Assembly (NCBI GenBank): GCA_040954595.2
Contig: CM082577.2
Span: forward strand, 8,519,846 to 8,583,845
Length of the DNA: 64,000 nt
Direction of reading: 5' to 3'
Origin: Balanoglossus misakiensis
Lineage: Eukaryota > Animalia > Hemichordata
In this document: piece by piece, positions 13,443-26,000 of the stretch
Layout: each line of letters begins with the position of its first letter
Numbering within the stretch: position 1 is the stretch's first letter
Translations under genes and position numbers: made by a program
Notes under the pieces: model-generated
Databases searched by the model: none
What the model saw: the letters and a program-made list of their open reading frames with translations, nothing else
Told to the model about the DNA's origin: nothing

Positions 13443-13657
13443 TTTGGATTTCTTCCGTTACTTGTTCGCTGTCAGAAGCTTCAAGATTGTAACAGTTCTG
13501 CAGATAAACAGCTTACGACATGAATGTTGTCATAAATGTAGAGCGGAGTTTCTTCAATATTTACCACAATCAATCGTGATCAACCGACTGAAGACGTTCA
13601 GGAGAAGTGCACTTGTTTCCACGTCTTCAACGGACTCGCGCTCGCAAATATGCACCC

Positions 13658-13705
13658 AAAATGGCGGCGTGTTGACTAACGAGCCCAGCCGTTGCCAATG
13701 ACAAC
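13658..13705 (-). promoter_or_regulatory. Dynein promoter: RFX X-box plus YY1-like motif
   Basis: GTTGCCAATGACAAC at 13691-13705 fits the X-box pattern GTTGCC-N(2-3)-GRCAAC and lies ~250 bp upstream of the ATG of a motile-cilia gene. AAAATGGCGGC is at 13658-13668. The context is CpG-rich. Confidence 0.7.
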
Positions 13706-16700
13706 AACGCGCAAACAGTCGTCAGGGGCCGGCTGCAGGAAAGGCTCCGTTTTTTCTTTCCTCCAGTACAGGGTGTAGGGGGCGTCACAGTCCGTCACGT
13801 TCCTCCGTGACCAGTTATTGTGTTTTTTACTACCGTTTTCTAGTAACCATGGATCAGATATTCTACATCAAAATCTATTTTGTTTTGTACCAAGTTCTAG
13901 GGACGGGAAGATAAAACAACTCACGCGTTATAGTGGTAACTCATGAAAGTTCAGTCACAAAATGCCTGTCATCCATGGTTGGTTCGACAGTCATACAATA
14001 TGAGCTGAAAATTATTTTGGAAAACGACAATGATAAGCACATTTTTGGGTATAAGCATTTCTTATATTTTAAAAAATAAGTCCCTTTGCTTTGATTCACA
14101 GGTTTGTAAAGAACTGTCGATAGGTGGCGTGCTCTAAGATATGACTTCAAATTTGCCCCCCCCCCTCCCCGCCTTGTAGGTGTATGTAAAATATCCCATT
14201 TTGTTGCACAACATATAAACATAGACCCTGGAGCGATGGTATAGTAAAGAAACAGGTACATTTAAAAAGATCCGACCGATTTCGAAAAATAAAGCGATGG
14301 TTCGCGAGAAATCTAAGAAGAACGAAATTTAGAAAAATTGAATCGTCTTAAAAGCTGCACCATCCTGTTTAAAACATATCAAAGATGAAACCATAACGTT
14401 TTAAACTCCAGCGTACCCCCGGAGTCAATGACAATCTCCTTTTCCTCAACGCTTTTTTTCACATATTTGTTCTTAATAGCGGGAAAATTACGGGTGCGGC
14501 GATTAATTATTGACGAACGACCTCGTGGTTACAAACATTAAAGTATTGGTAGCAAAATATTCAACCCTTTAAACCAACAACCTCATCCAACCTTGCTATT
14601 TTTGCACAAAAAGTTAAACATAAATTTCCTTTGTTAGTTTTTCAATATAAATAACGCAAATCTGAATGACCCTAAAACCACGCCCATGCGTGTTGTTACC
14701 GAACGCACCAGTGGAATTTCTGAATATATGTCTGTGATATTAAATTATAATTTAATTTTTTTTGCTAAAAACTTTAGTAGGTATAAATAATATATTTTGA
14801 GTGCAATCGCTTTCACAATTGTCACTTTTATTAATCTAAACTTTGATTGGCGGGTTACATTAACTGGAACATGGCCTTGCGCATTAACTGTTATTGTATG
14901 TAAATATCAACCTCGGGAAATATGCAAGCAGTCGGGCCCTGCCCCGCTCGATCAGAAGATTGGCATGTACGCATTAACAGTTTCAATTTGCAATGACGCA
15001 TGTTGAAATATTAGTTCATCATTTAGCCTATTGTTTTAAACTACTGTATTGCGCACAGTTGTTCATTGCGATTCTCGACTTCTTTGCTTTTAAACTACAA
15101 GCTGATATATTAAATAAAGCTTATATATGACTTTCTCGTTTGCAAAACATTGTTATTAATATAAAAACTGATTCGCGATATTCGGTTGTGACACATGAAA
15201 AAAATCATGCAAATGGTCAATAATTTTGCGCAATAGACAAATAGTGAGAAACATCATAACATTGCATTGGAGCCATCACTCGGCACAGAACAGGTTGATT
15301 GCGCATATATTTTTTTTATTCAGAGATGTGATCCCTGGCAAAACACCAAACATGACGTATCCACCAGTTTCGCGAATGGCCTAGGAGATCATGTGATCTG
15401 GTCATGTGACAATGACATCATTGCAAAACACTGCAGCACCCGGAGTGGACCGAAAACGCAGTCGTTCGCCATGCCATGCACCTTTAGAAATCACAACTGT
15501 CGGGAATCGGGATCGACTTGTCAATGAACTTCATCCTCGATCGCACCTTCTACCTCACAGGTGGGTATATTTGTCGTGTTTGTTCCGCGAAATCGATGCT
15601 TGTTCTGGCCAAGTTGGAGCGAAGTCGCGAATTTCGCATTGCGTCACAACGTGTTCAGATGCTTGGCCATCGCGATCAGCTGCACTGCATTGCGTATGCG
15701 ATCAATGCACCGCCGTGTGCGCAGCCTTATCCAGGTAGATAATCGGGCGCCGTCAAAATTTTTACGGACCAGAATAAATTTCCCAGAAAAATTCCGCGTC
15801 CTAAAACTGTAAAAGTTGTAAAAAATAAGCTCGATTTTAGCGGATTTTCAGGCAATCAATAGAAGTGCGTCACAAAGTTTCCCCGTTTCTTTTGGGATGT
15901 TTACTTGATGATACACATATGCGTTACTCATGGTCGTATGATAACAATATCGCCGTCGCCACTGGCACCCGAACACACCACAAGAGGCGCATACTGGGAT
16001 ACGCAAAAAAATAGTTCGTTGCCCTGTGGACCCTATGAAAGGCCACCAAAGTTCCCGATGCGCGCAAATATGGTTTACCATCGCTGCGAGAACTCTTATT
16101 TCTGAGAAAACTGTGACGTAACGCTGTGGAATGTTTGCCTTGCGAAATGTTTGTTGAGCAAGATATTTTTCAGGGATCAAAAGACATCTTGATTCAGTAT
16201 TTTTTCTGTGTTACAAAGTGAAAGTTTGGAAAAAGTGAGAACTGTTTTATATGCAGAATATATAACGTTTTGGGATTCTGAAGTCGTGGAAGATACGTAA
16301 CCAAGGTCACGTATTAGTAAAATGTAGGTCGTTTCACAGGTCCGGGAGTTTCTAATGAAATTATGTTGTCTTGTGTATGAGTCGGTTTTCACCGTCCGGT
16401 TTATATAATTATAGTACTTCAGCTGTATTCTTATTTGGGCGTGGACTTCACAAAAAATATTGGCGACTATAAAATTACTACATTGTATTAGGAAGAACGA
16501 ATACAACATCGTCAAGGAAGTAAAGTACATTTGTCAGTGTATAATTATGGGTGTCTTGTTTGCTTGGCCCATGTGACTTGGGTGTGATGCTATTTCATTA
16601 TGCTATAGTGAGCAGTAAAGCCTTTGTAATCAGCCAGAAAAAAAGAAGCAATATTAAATAGCCGTGTCTGCAGATTTTTAATTGAGGATTATTTGAAGGA

Positions 16701-17097
16701 TCCAAAGTGGTCAGCTGTGAAATTAATTAGACATTGACTAATTTTGGGGATTGGATCCAGTCTGGAAACCTCGAAAAAGATAAAAGAACTATGAATGCAA
16801 TGAGACAAACTGTCGATTCAATAACTTCAAGGACAAACTGTTCTATAAAGTTATGATTATTATGCAGTCTTTTCATATGTTGTCCTTGATTGGTATCTAT
16901 CGCCCCCTAGTGTTCATTTTGTGGTTTACACGCTACCTTTATTTTTATTTCCAGATCACCGAGGCACAAATTCAAGTCTAATCAACATTCACTACAGTCG
17001 ATGTTTTAGTAACGTCTGAACCACTTTATCTACCTGCAATCAAAAAGCAAAGACATTTCTCACAAGCTTTTTCTTTTCTAGTCTGTTTTAAACTACA

Positions 17098-20000
17098 ATG
17101 GCAAAATTAAGACAGCTTGGTTTATTACTATGGAAGAATTCAATCCTACAGTTACGACAACCTGTTGTGACTCTCTTTGAGCTCTTACTGCCCATTTTAT
17201 TCGCTTCTCTGTTACTGGCGTTCCGCAGTCTAGTCGATTACAATTATGTTCATCACAACACGACCTATGACCCCTTCCAAATTGATTCATTGCCGGGAAA
17301 TCTGTCGGTCAGGTCTCGTACCTGGCATGGGCCCTGGCAACTGGCGTACGTTCCCAACATCAGCGTAGTCGAGCAACTGATTGATCAGGCATCTGCCAAT
17401 CTCCAAGATGGACAAGTAAAATTGGTCAAAGGTTTGTCTTTAAAGTGTTTTATTCTTTTTCTTTTTTTTGCATTTTCAGACAATAATAGTGCTATCCACC
17501 TAAAAAAAGACATAATGTTATAAAAAAAAATATACAGTAAAACCTGTCTAAACTGAACCCGGTCTAATCTGAAAACCTGTCTATATTGACACCTTTTCCT
17601 GTCCCTTTGACATTTCATCTATCTGGTTTGAAATCCATCCATATCTTCTGTTCCTCAAGGGCCTGGATTTGCAACGGTCAGCGATCTGGAAAACCACACC
17701 CGGGTCCAAGTGAGAAGTGAGTCCACCCTCCTGGGAGCTGCGGTGTTTCACAGCGAGTTTCCGGACGACCACAGCCTGCCCTTGGAACTGAATTACGACA
17801 TCCGGCTGGCAGCCACCCCTCGGAACAACCCGATCGCTTTAAATCGACAGCAGAGCGTCATCGGGAACACGAGCCAGTGGTACACTCATCTTCTGTTTCC
17901 TCTGGTGGCCCTGCCAGGGCCGCGCCAGAGATATTACACCTGGGGTGGCACACCTGGTGAGTTTTCAAGGCAGGGGGTGGGGGGGGGTGTGGAATTGAAA
18001 TTGCTTCAGAATTGGAATCTGTAGTCAAGTTCTAAGCAATTTGTCGTATAAAATAAGATCTGTTTTCCGTCAATAAATGGCCACATCAAATGACATTACC
18101 ACTCAGTGTTTTTGCTAAGGTTGGGGAACATTGGTAATGGATTTGGGAATCCCGGTAACATTTCTACAACCCCCTAATATAACTACATTGATACACCCAG
18201 GGGAACTCCGGTAGATTTTACATAGGTACCGCCCTTAACAAAAACACTGCCACTGCCGTATCCCTCTCTTCAGGCTACATGAGAGAAGGCTTTCTGTCCA
18301 TCCAGCACGCCATAGACAAGTCCTTCATCCAGCTGCTCAACAGGACGACCGACGACTTCAACGTAAGCATGAACCGCTATCCCTACCCGCCCTACGAAGA
18401 CGACAATTACATCATCGTCATCCAGTCGCAGCTGCCCGCCTTGCTCATGCTCAGTTTGGTTTTCACGGCTCTGAACATTGTGAAGGACATCGTGCACGAG
18501 AAAGAACGGAAACTCAAGGTACAGTATTGGTCAGTCTTTTTCGACGTCACACATTTAACCGCTACAGAAATTCCATAGAGTGTCAAATACATCAATGATC
18601 ATCCTATCAGGTACATCACAAACTATACAGGCTTTTTCTGATTCCAATATAAGTTTTGAGGAATATGTGAATATGTATTTTACTCGTCACAAACCCAGAG
18701 TGGTAGTTGCTTTCTTTATAGAAGTATACCCATCGTAAAATATCTGATCATGTTCCGTCTTTCTACAGGAGTCGATGAAGATCATGGGACTTTCAAATTG
18801 GCTGCATTGGGTAGCTTGGTTTGTGCGTTACTTCGTCCTGCTGACGATCGCCATGCTGGCGTGTACCGTCCTCTTCACCGTGGATCTTGGCGAACATCAT
18901 GCGGTCATCAACCACACAGATCCCTCGGTTCTCTTTGTGTTCCTTCTCATCTACGCAGTCGCCAGTATCGCCTTCTGTTTTGCAGTCAGCGTATTTTTCT
19001 CCGTCGGTAAGTATGAAAAGCGTTTATCCAAGTGGCTTGGTGCTCCCACCAGTGCTTTCACCACCATGATTTGGTCCAAACCCATTTTCTATGGTGATAT
19101 TGGATCTCTGTTTGGGGAAATGGGGGTGAAAGGGTCAAAAGGCGTCGAAACATGATCACTGTGTCGCATTTGCTAGGCGCGCCTCCAGCAATGTACTTTG
19201 TCACTTTGTTGCAGGGTGACCTTTGACCTTCCATGCCATGACGTGTACCTATACAAAAGAAAGTGTTGCATCAGTCTGTATAGTTATGGCCACATAGAGA
19301 AGTGAAACTGAAACTGCCTTTTGCTGCCATTGAAATTCTGAGGAGTGAATAGTAATGACGAAACAGTCGCTCATTTGTGAATTTAAATACCTCAGTGGAT
19401 GACGTGGATTCTAAAAAGAAGTCCAAGGGGGCATAAAGCTTGCCCACTTTTGTAAAAATGGGAAAACAAAATGTCTTTGAATCTCTTGTAAATTGATGAA
19501 GCTTGTCAGGGCTGTTCACATGAAGAGAGAAACAAAAACTGCTCTCTCACACAATAACACTATCATTCTATCAGTGAAACTTCATTGTGCTAAATTGTAT
19601 TCAAAGTCCACACACCTACTCGAGAATCATATTTTGTTTGTCTCTCTACCCTCAGCGAACACTGGGGCAGCTGCCGGCGGCGTGATATGGTTCCTGACGT
19701 ACGTACCCTACATGTTCATCCAGCCTCGCTACGAGGAATTGGTTCTCGGGGAGAAACTGGCCGCGTGCCTGCTCTCGAACACCGCCATGTGCATGGGTGC
19801 GCAGTTGATCGGCATGTTCGAGGGAACAGGTGAGGGCTATGTCTGAAATTTAAGAGGGGGGCAGGGGGTGAGAGGATAAAAGTTACAGAGCAGATGTTTG
19901 TTTGATCTTACTGAAGGAGAATATCCTGCTTGTAGACGTACACCCCATCTACCATCAAAATTTGGTCGAATCCCATTGTTTTCAATTGCTTTCTTGGATC

Positions 20001-23000
20001 TGTGTATAAACTAGAAATGGGGGGGGGGGTTGACAAGGGTAAGCACCGTAATAGATGGATCAAATGGGGGTGACACAGTATAACTGTATTTACATTTCTA
20101 CATGTACGCTAATTTCAATACATTTATCCGAACAGGCGAAGGAATCCAGTGGTCGAACATCAACCGTGGCGTTTCCGTCGACGACAACTTCACTTTCCTG
20201 CATGTGATGGTCATGCTGCTGATAGACACTGTTATCTATTTGGCCATCGCGTGGTACGTTGAAGCCGTCTATCCCGGTGATTACGGCATACCACAACCCT
20301 GGTACTTCCCTGTCTTGGTGAGTGTTTTCCTTCTTTTCCGCCGTGTCAAAATTTACGCCCTTAAGTCATTGTAGTTCAATCATGAGGAGTTCCGGAATCA
20401 AGGACATTTTTCCGATAAACTGAGTAATGAATGCGAAGTTGACTTTAAAAAAACATTCCATGAAGTAGACTGTGATGATCTGTAAATATAGTATATGTCA
20501 GGTTTATAGAAGATTAGGAATGATGAATGAATGGAGTGCAGTGGTTTCATGATATCTGACTTCCGTGTCCATGAAGGCTGTGACAATCATATTTTCATAA
20601 CTAGTATACTGTAAAGCACTTTATTTTAGCAAGCAATAAATTTTTGCGAAATACGCGAGAGCCAAAATAGCGTGAAAAATTAAATAAAAAGTCGCGTAAA
20701 TTTTTTTTGAAGATAACGATGCAGTGAATGAAATAAGAGAACGTGAAAATTAATACTCGCGAAACAGTGGCCTCTCGATATCGTGAAAATTTCAACTCGC
20801 GAAAATAAAGTGTTTTACAGTAGTATATGTACCACGCATTTAAGGGAAAATCACTGAGTTGTATTACGTTCTTGCAATCAACAGCCATCATATTGGTGCG
20901 GTACAAAACCTAGGACCCTGATGGTCGAGAGCGAAGACGAGCGGACACCTTTGATTTCAAACTCGGAACATTCCGAGGGTGGCACCTTCTTTGAACCGGA
21001 CCCGACGGGCATCAAAGCTGGGATAAAGATAAGGAACTTGAGAAAGGTGAGGAATTTTCAAAGATTGGTGGTGGGTGGGGGGGGGGGGGGGGTGGGAGGA
21101 GAAATGAGGTCATTGTGTGCTGCACCACTTCGCATAAACAAACAGCGATTGAAAAAAAATGTGTTTCCCTTCAAACAATAGAGTAATAGTTAAACTTTAA
21201 AACAAAATGTGACATCAGATGCCAATTTTGTGACAGATCTGTTGTGCGTTGGCATGATAAGAATGTTGTTGACAACAGGTGGTGTCCTGGGCGTTTAAAG
21301 GTCGCTCCGTGTTATTGCGCAAAGTCCAACAATCTATTTCAGTAAATGTATAATGTGCCATTGTGTTTATGTGGAGTTTGAAGAATTCTGGCTGAAGCAT
21401 TCTATTTCAGGTGGAATGATGGATGACGTCATTGCTACTATGAATAGACTTCCGTAAACATGTACTGTACATAGCTGTGTTGTGCTGTCACGCATGTATG
21501 CTGTGGTGTCCAATCAAGAATGGTCAGGAATTAAAAAAAGTCTAATAACTGTTTTCAAAATCACTTGACATTTGACTTTGTGTGCTACAAATAAACCCAA
21601 CAGTTTTTTTTGGTCGTGATCTTTAGTTCATAAATATCTAAATTGTAGTTAACGTTTTCTGTCAGATTTTCGTGTTTTACCATAGTCAAATGATTCCTGA
21701 GCTTTTAAAACTGAAGACATTTCACCTAGTATTGTATGCAGAGTGGCTGAGATATTTTTTGTGACTCTATTTTTTTTTCTCCTTCCGCAAATCATATCAT
21801 TATCAAGGTCTACAACAAGACGAAAGTTGCTGTGGACAGTATCTCCATGGACATGTACGAAGGTCAAATCACTGCCTTGTTGGGTCACAATGGCGCCGGC
21901 AAGACGACCACCATGTCCATGCTGACTGGGCTTTTCCCGCCGACCAGCGGCACGGCCTACGTGAACGGCTATGACATCTGCGCCGATGTGACGGCGGTGA
22001 GGTCCAGTCTCGGCCTCTGCCCTCAACACAACGTCCTGTTCGACAGACTGACCGTGGAGGAGCATCTCAAGTTCTTCGCAAAGGTACGACAAAGATGTGG
22101 GCAACATTAACCCTTTCACCCCCCCCCCCCAGTTCCCTGTATAGAGGTCCAACCGTGTCATAGAAAGCAATGGTTTTGGACTGAACTATGGTGGTAAAAG
22201 GGTTAGCTTCGTTGCTAGTCCGTAGAAGGCCATTTTTCTAACAAATTAACAAAAAATCTTTGCAGCTGGCTCAAAATTGAATGAGAAAATTGATGATGAA
22301 ATTTGTGACTGGTATGGTCTGTTTTGTGGTTGTCCTTTGCTTTGAAAAAGTTGTATGTTTGTGTCACTTTGGTGGGACTTGTGTGGTGTTTCTCTGATAT
22401 ACCCTTTTTTTGACCGCACAAACTTTGCAGGTTCCAGATAATCTGAACCAGATAGAAACTGATGTATCTTTCCTGAAATCTGATAGAACCAGAAGAAACC
22501 AGATAAAACCATTTTTTTTACGTCTTAAAAGTAGAAAATAACTGGCTTTGGGTGCATGACTATTTTATTCTTTCCCAGTTGAAGGGGTTTCCGTCCGGTA
22601 AGGTGAAAGACGAAGTCGACAAGTACGTGGCGGCCGTGGGGCTGGAAGACAAGCGCCACGTCCAATCCCGAGCCCTTTCAGGCGGGATGAAGCGCAAGCT
22701 GTCCGTCAGCATCGCACTCATTGCAGACTCGAAGGTGAGGACGTCGTGAGTATTGGTAATGTCAATACACATGCACTCGTCTGTCTTGGGGAGTTCTGCA
22801 GACTCGTGTGTGTGTATGTGTATGTATGCATGAATCCTGTCTGAAACAAAACCTTCATGAAGACGATATATGTCCACGCACTGCACTTAACATATTCCCA
22901 TCTAATGATAAAATCACCATCATATTTTTAAAAGGAATATCCTTCTGTGGTTCATTTCATTTGATCTGGAGAGGTTTCATGTTTAATTTGTACCATTCTG

Positions 23001-26000
23001 TTTTGTTAATACCAGTTAAATATGTGTGTGTGATCATTTTCACTCTGGTATAAACCCTTCCTTTCTGTATTGCGTGTGTGTGTATGTTCACTTTCCTCCA
23101 CACAGGCAGTTTTTTTCCTGACAGACCAGTGTTTGCATTTCACTGATGTATTTCAGGCGTTATACTGGTGATGTGAGATTTTACAAAGCCATCCCCGGTA
23201 TTCACCTGGAATATACCAAGGAATGCTCTAAACAACGGATGGAGAGGTCAATATTGACTGTGTGTTATCTTCATCTTTCTCTCTCTCTTTGTCTCTGTCT
23301 CTTGCCTCTTCTCAACAATTTGTCTCCATTATAAATCATGTTAACAAAGCTGCATGCACTGTTAAAATGAACTGCTCAAGGAAATTTCTTGTTTTCTCAA
23401 AATGTACCCCATAAAAGATACATGTGTTTGTCACAGTTAAGAATAAAGCAAGTGTGACTGTCATGTTTGTGCATTCTACTTCTGACATGATTTTTGTCCT
23501 AGTTGCCACTTTGCTTAAATAGAATAACACAGCCCACCAAGTGACCATGTTACAGAAGTCTTCGACTGACCAGTGTCGAGGGGCTTGCTGTAACGTCAAG
23601 GCACATACCCGTAGACTGCTGTTAGATCGAGACTGGCACAGACAGCAACAATCAACTGTACAAGTGTTTCATTGTTCTGTCGTCATTGACCAGCCCAGAG
23701 GTGTGACGCAGTGTTGTCAAGCTACCCTACCACAGCATGCATTTTTTGTGGGTAAACTTCAACTTACGACACCACACCAAACAGGCCACCATTACAGCAT
23801 ATCCAAGCAGTGTAAACAACAGCGGCGCAATAAATTTGATTGTAAATTTTCATCCTTCAGCATGCATATTTTTTTCTCAATAAAGATCACAAAGTAACGT
23901 GAAAAGACGCCAGTCCTCTTTCCTTCCTTTATCCTTCATATTAATAAAAATTACATTTAAAAAAAACCCTAAATCTGGTGTTGATTTAAATGTGTTGTTG
24001 TGTACAGCCTGGAGTGCATGAGTTGGTATGTATGCGCGTTGTGCCGTGTGGGAGTAAAAAAAAAATTTGCATTTTAATTGACTCGCCAGGTGATCATGCT
24101 GGACGAACCGACATCGGGTGTGGACCCGTCGGCAAGGCGATTCATTTGGGACTTGTTGCAGCAGCACAGGGAAGGACGGACGATTCTGCTGACCACCCAC
24201 TTCATGGACGAGGCCGATCTGCTGGGCGATCGCATAGCCATCATGAGCCACGGCAGGATACGGTGCTGTGGCAGTTCCCTCTTCCTGAAAAAGAAATACG
24301 GTGAGGATACAAACAAGTGAAGTCCCTGGCGGAAAATAAAAAAAGGATATCCCCCCACCCCACCCCAATACCAAGGTAGCAAATGGAGGGAGCCCCCTGT
24401 TTTTGATAAACCGAAGGCCACACATTTACCAGAAGAAAGAAACGTATCATTCTACCCTGGATACTCAGTCATGTCACCTTGATTCCAAATGATGTTTAAA
24501 GGACCTTCTTTGCATCTGTTAATTGTCCTTATCACAGAATAGCAGAAATGCAACTCTTAAAACAATTCTCTCAGTCACCTTAACAAATACTTTTCCCTGA
24601 CTTCGAAAGGGTATTAAACTTCCAAAGCTATGGTTTGCTTCCCTGTTAGACTTTCTACAATCTGATTAAAATGAGATGTAGGGAACAGCGTCCCCCACCC
24701 GTACACAGTTGCTATAGCAATACAGAAAGGCACCAATACGAGTTGGTCATTTTTGCCACCGTTGTGCGAGTGTTGATAGTTTGACGTATGTCTATTCTTG
24801 TCAGGTGTGGGTTACCACATGGCGATTGTGAAAACGCGCGAGTGTGACGTGCAGAGAGTGACGGAGATAGTGAAGCAGCACATCCCCGACGGCGAGTTGG
24901 AGAGTAACGTCGGGCGAGAACTGAGTTACATTCTGCCCCACGAATCGTCGGGTAACTTCGAGGCGTTGTTCAGCGAGTTGGAGTCGCAGAAGAGTGCCTT
25001 GGGCGTCGCCAGTTACGGTGCCTCAGTGACTACCATGGAAGAAGTTTTTCTAAAGTAAGTGGTGTAATTAGCAGAGATTGTGGTGGAAGATGTATTTGAG
25101 AACAGTCAAAATTGCTGCTGTAGAAATTTAATTAAATTGAGCAACCAGTAAGTAAATGGCATTGTTGAGAGTGGCTTTGGGAATTTTTTTCAAGGAGGAG
25201 CTTCAAGAACAATGCTGGCCCAAGATTCGTGCCCATGGTTGCTGTGTTACACTCGATGTGCTGTGGAAAAAAAAATATTGTGACAGTTAACCTTTTATTT
25301 CTGGCCTTCAATCACACACACTGCCTTGTGGAGATGTCGATCTAACAGTTTTAGATAAATCAGAAAGAGCAAAGCAAGGGCTTGGAGGGTCACCAGGAGA
25401 ATCCTCATTTTGCAAGAGCCGTTTTTTTTGATATTTCAGGGTTGGTGATGATTCCGACGTCCCTCTGAAAAGTGTGGAAGACCGAGAAGGAGGAAGTGGC
25501 CAGTACTACAGCGTCTCCAAGACTGATATTTCTCAGGTGGCTGGACCAAGTGTTGTCGATATAAAGGCAAAATCTGCTGGAAGCTCGAGTGAATACGTCT
25601 TGATGGAGGATGATGAGCGAGATCGGGAAATGTGTGACCATTCAACAGGTGGGTGAGGGTCAGATAGTCACCATTGTCCAGCTATGAGACATCAAACTTA
25701 GCAAACCGTATGTATAGTGGAATGAGATGTTTTTCAGTCGCAGTTGCAGTATGGAGGCAAGAGACATCATGGAACTTGTTTCTGGAGTGGCAACTGTATT
25801 TAGATAATTTTTCTTCCATTTCTACACTTTTTATATACTGACGGTATCATGCTATTCTCATTGAGGGTCGCTCACAAGCAGGAGCTTAATAGTATACACA
25901 CCCGTAGTTACAGTATATTAATTTCCCCCACATAACTTTGCTTTGCTTTAGTCTGCACCTCACAATGCTTAACTGCTCACGATTCCAGCATGCATTTTGT

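Noticed and set aside
15267-15812. Overlapping short ORFs in the dynein-ABCA3 spacer
   Set aside because: There is no consistent splice structure or homology I can recognise, and they are expected by chance in locally GC-richer DNA.
22938-22947. ATATCCTTC resembling a U12 donor in an ABCA3 intron
   Set aside because: It is not at an exon boundary and has no matching branch site or AC acceptor.
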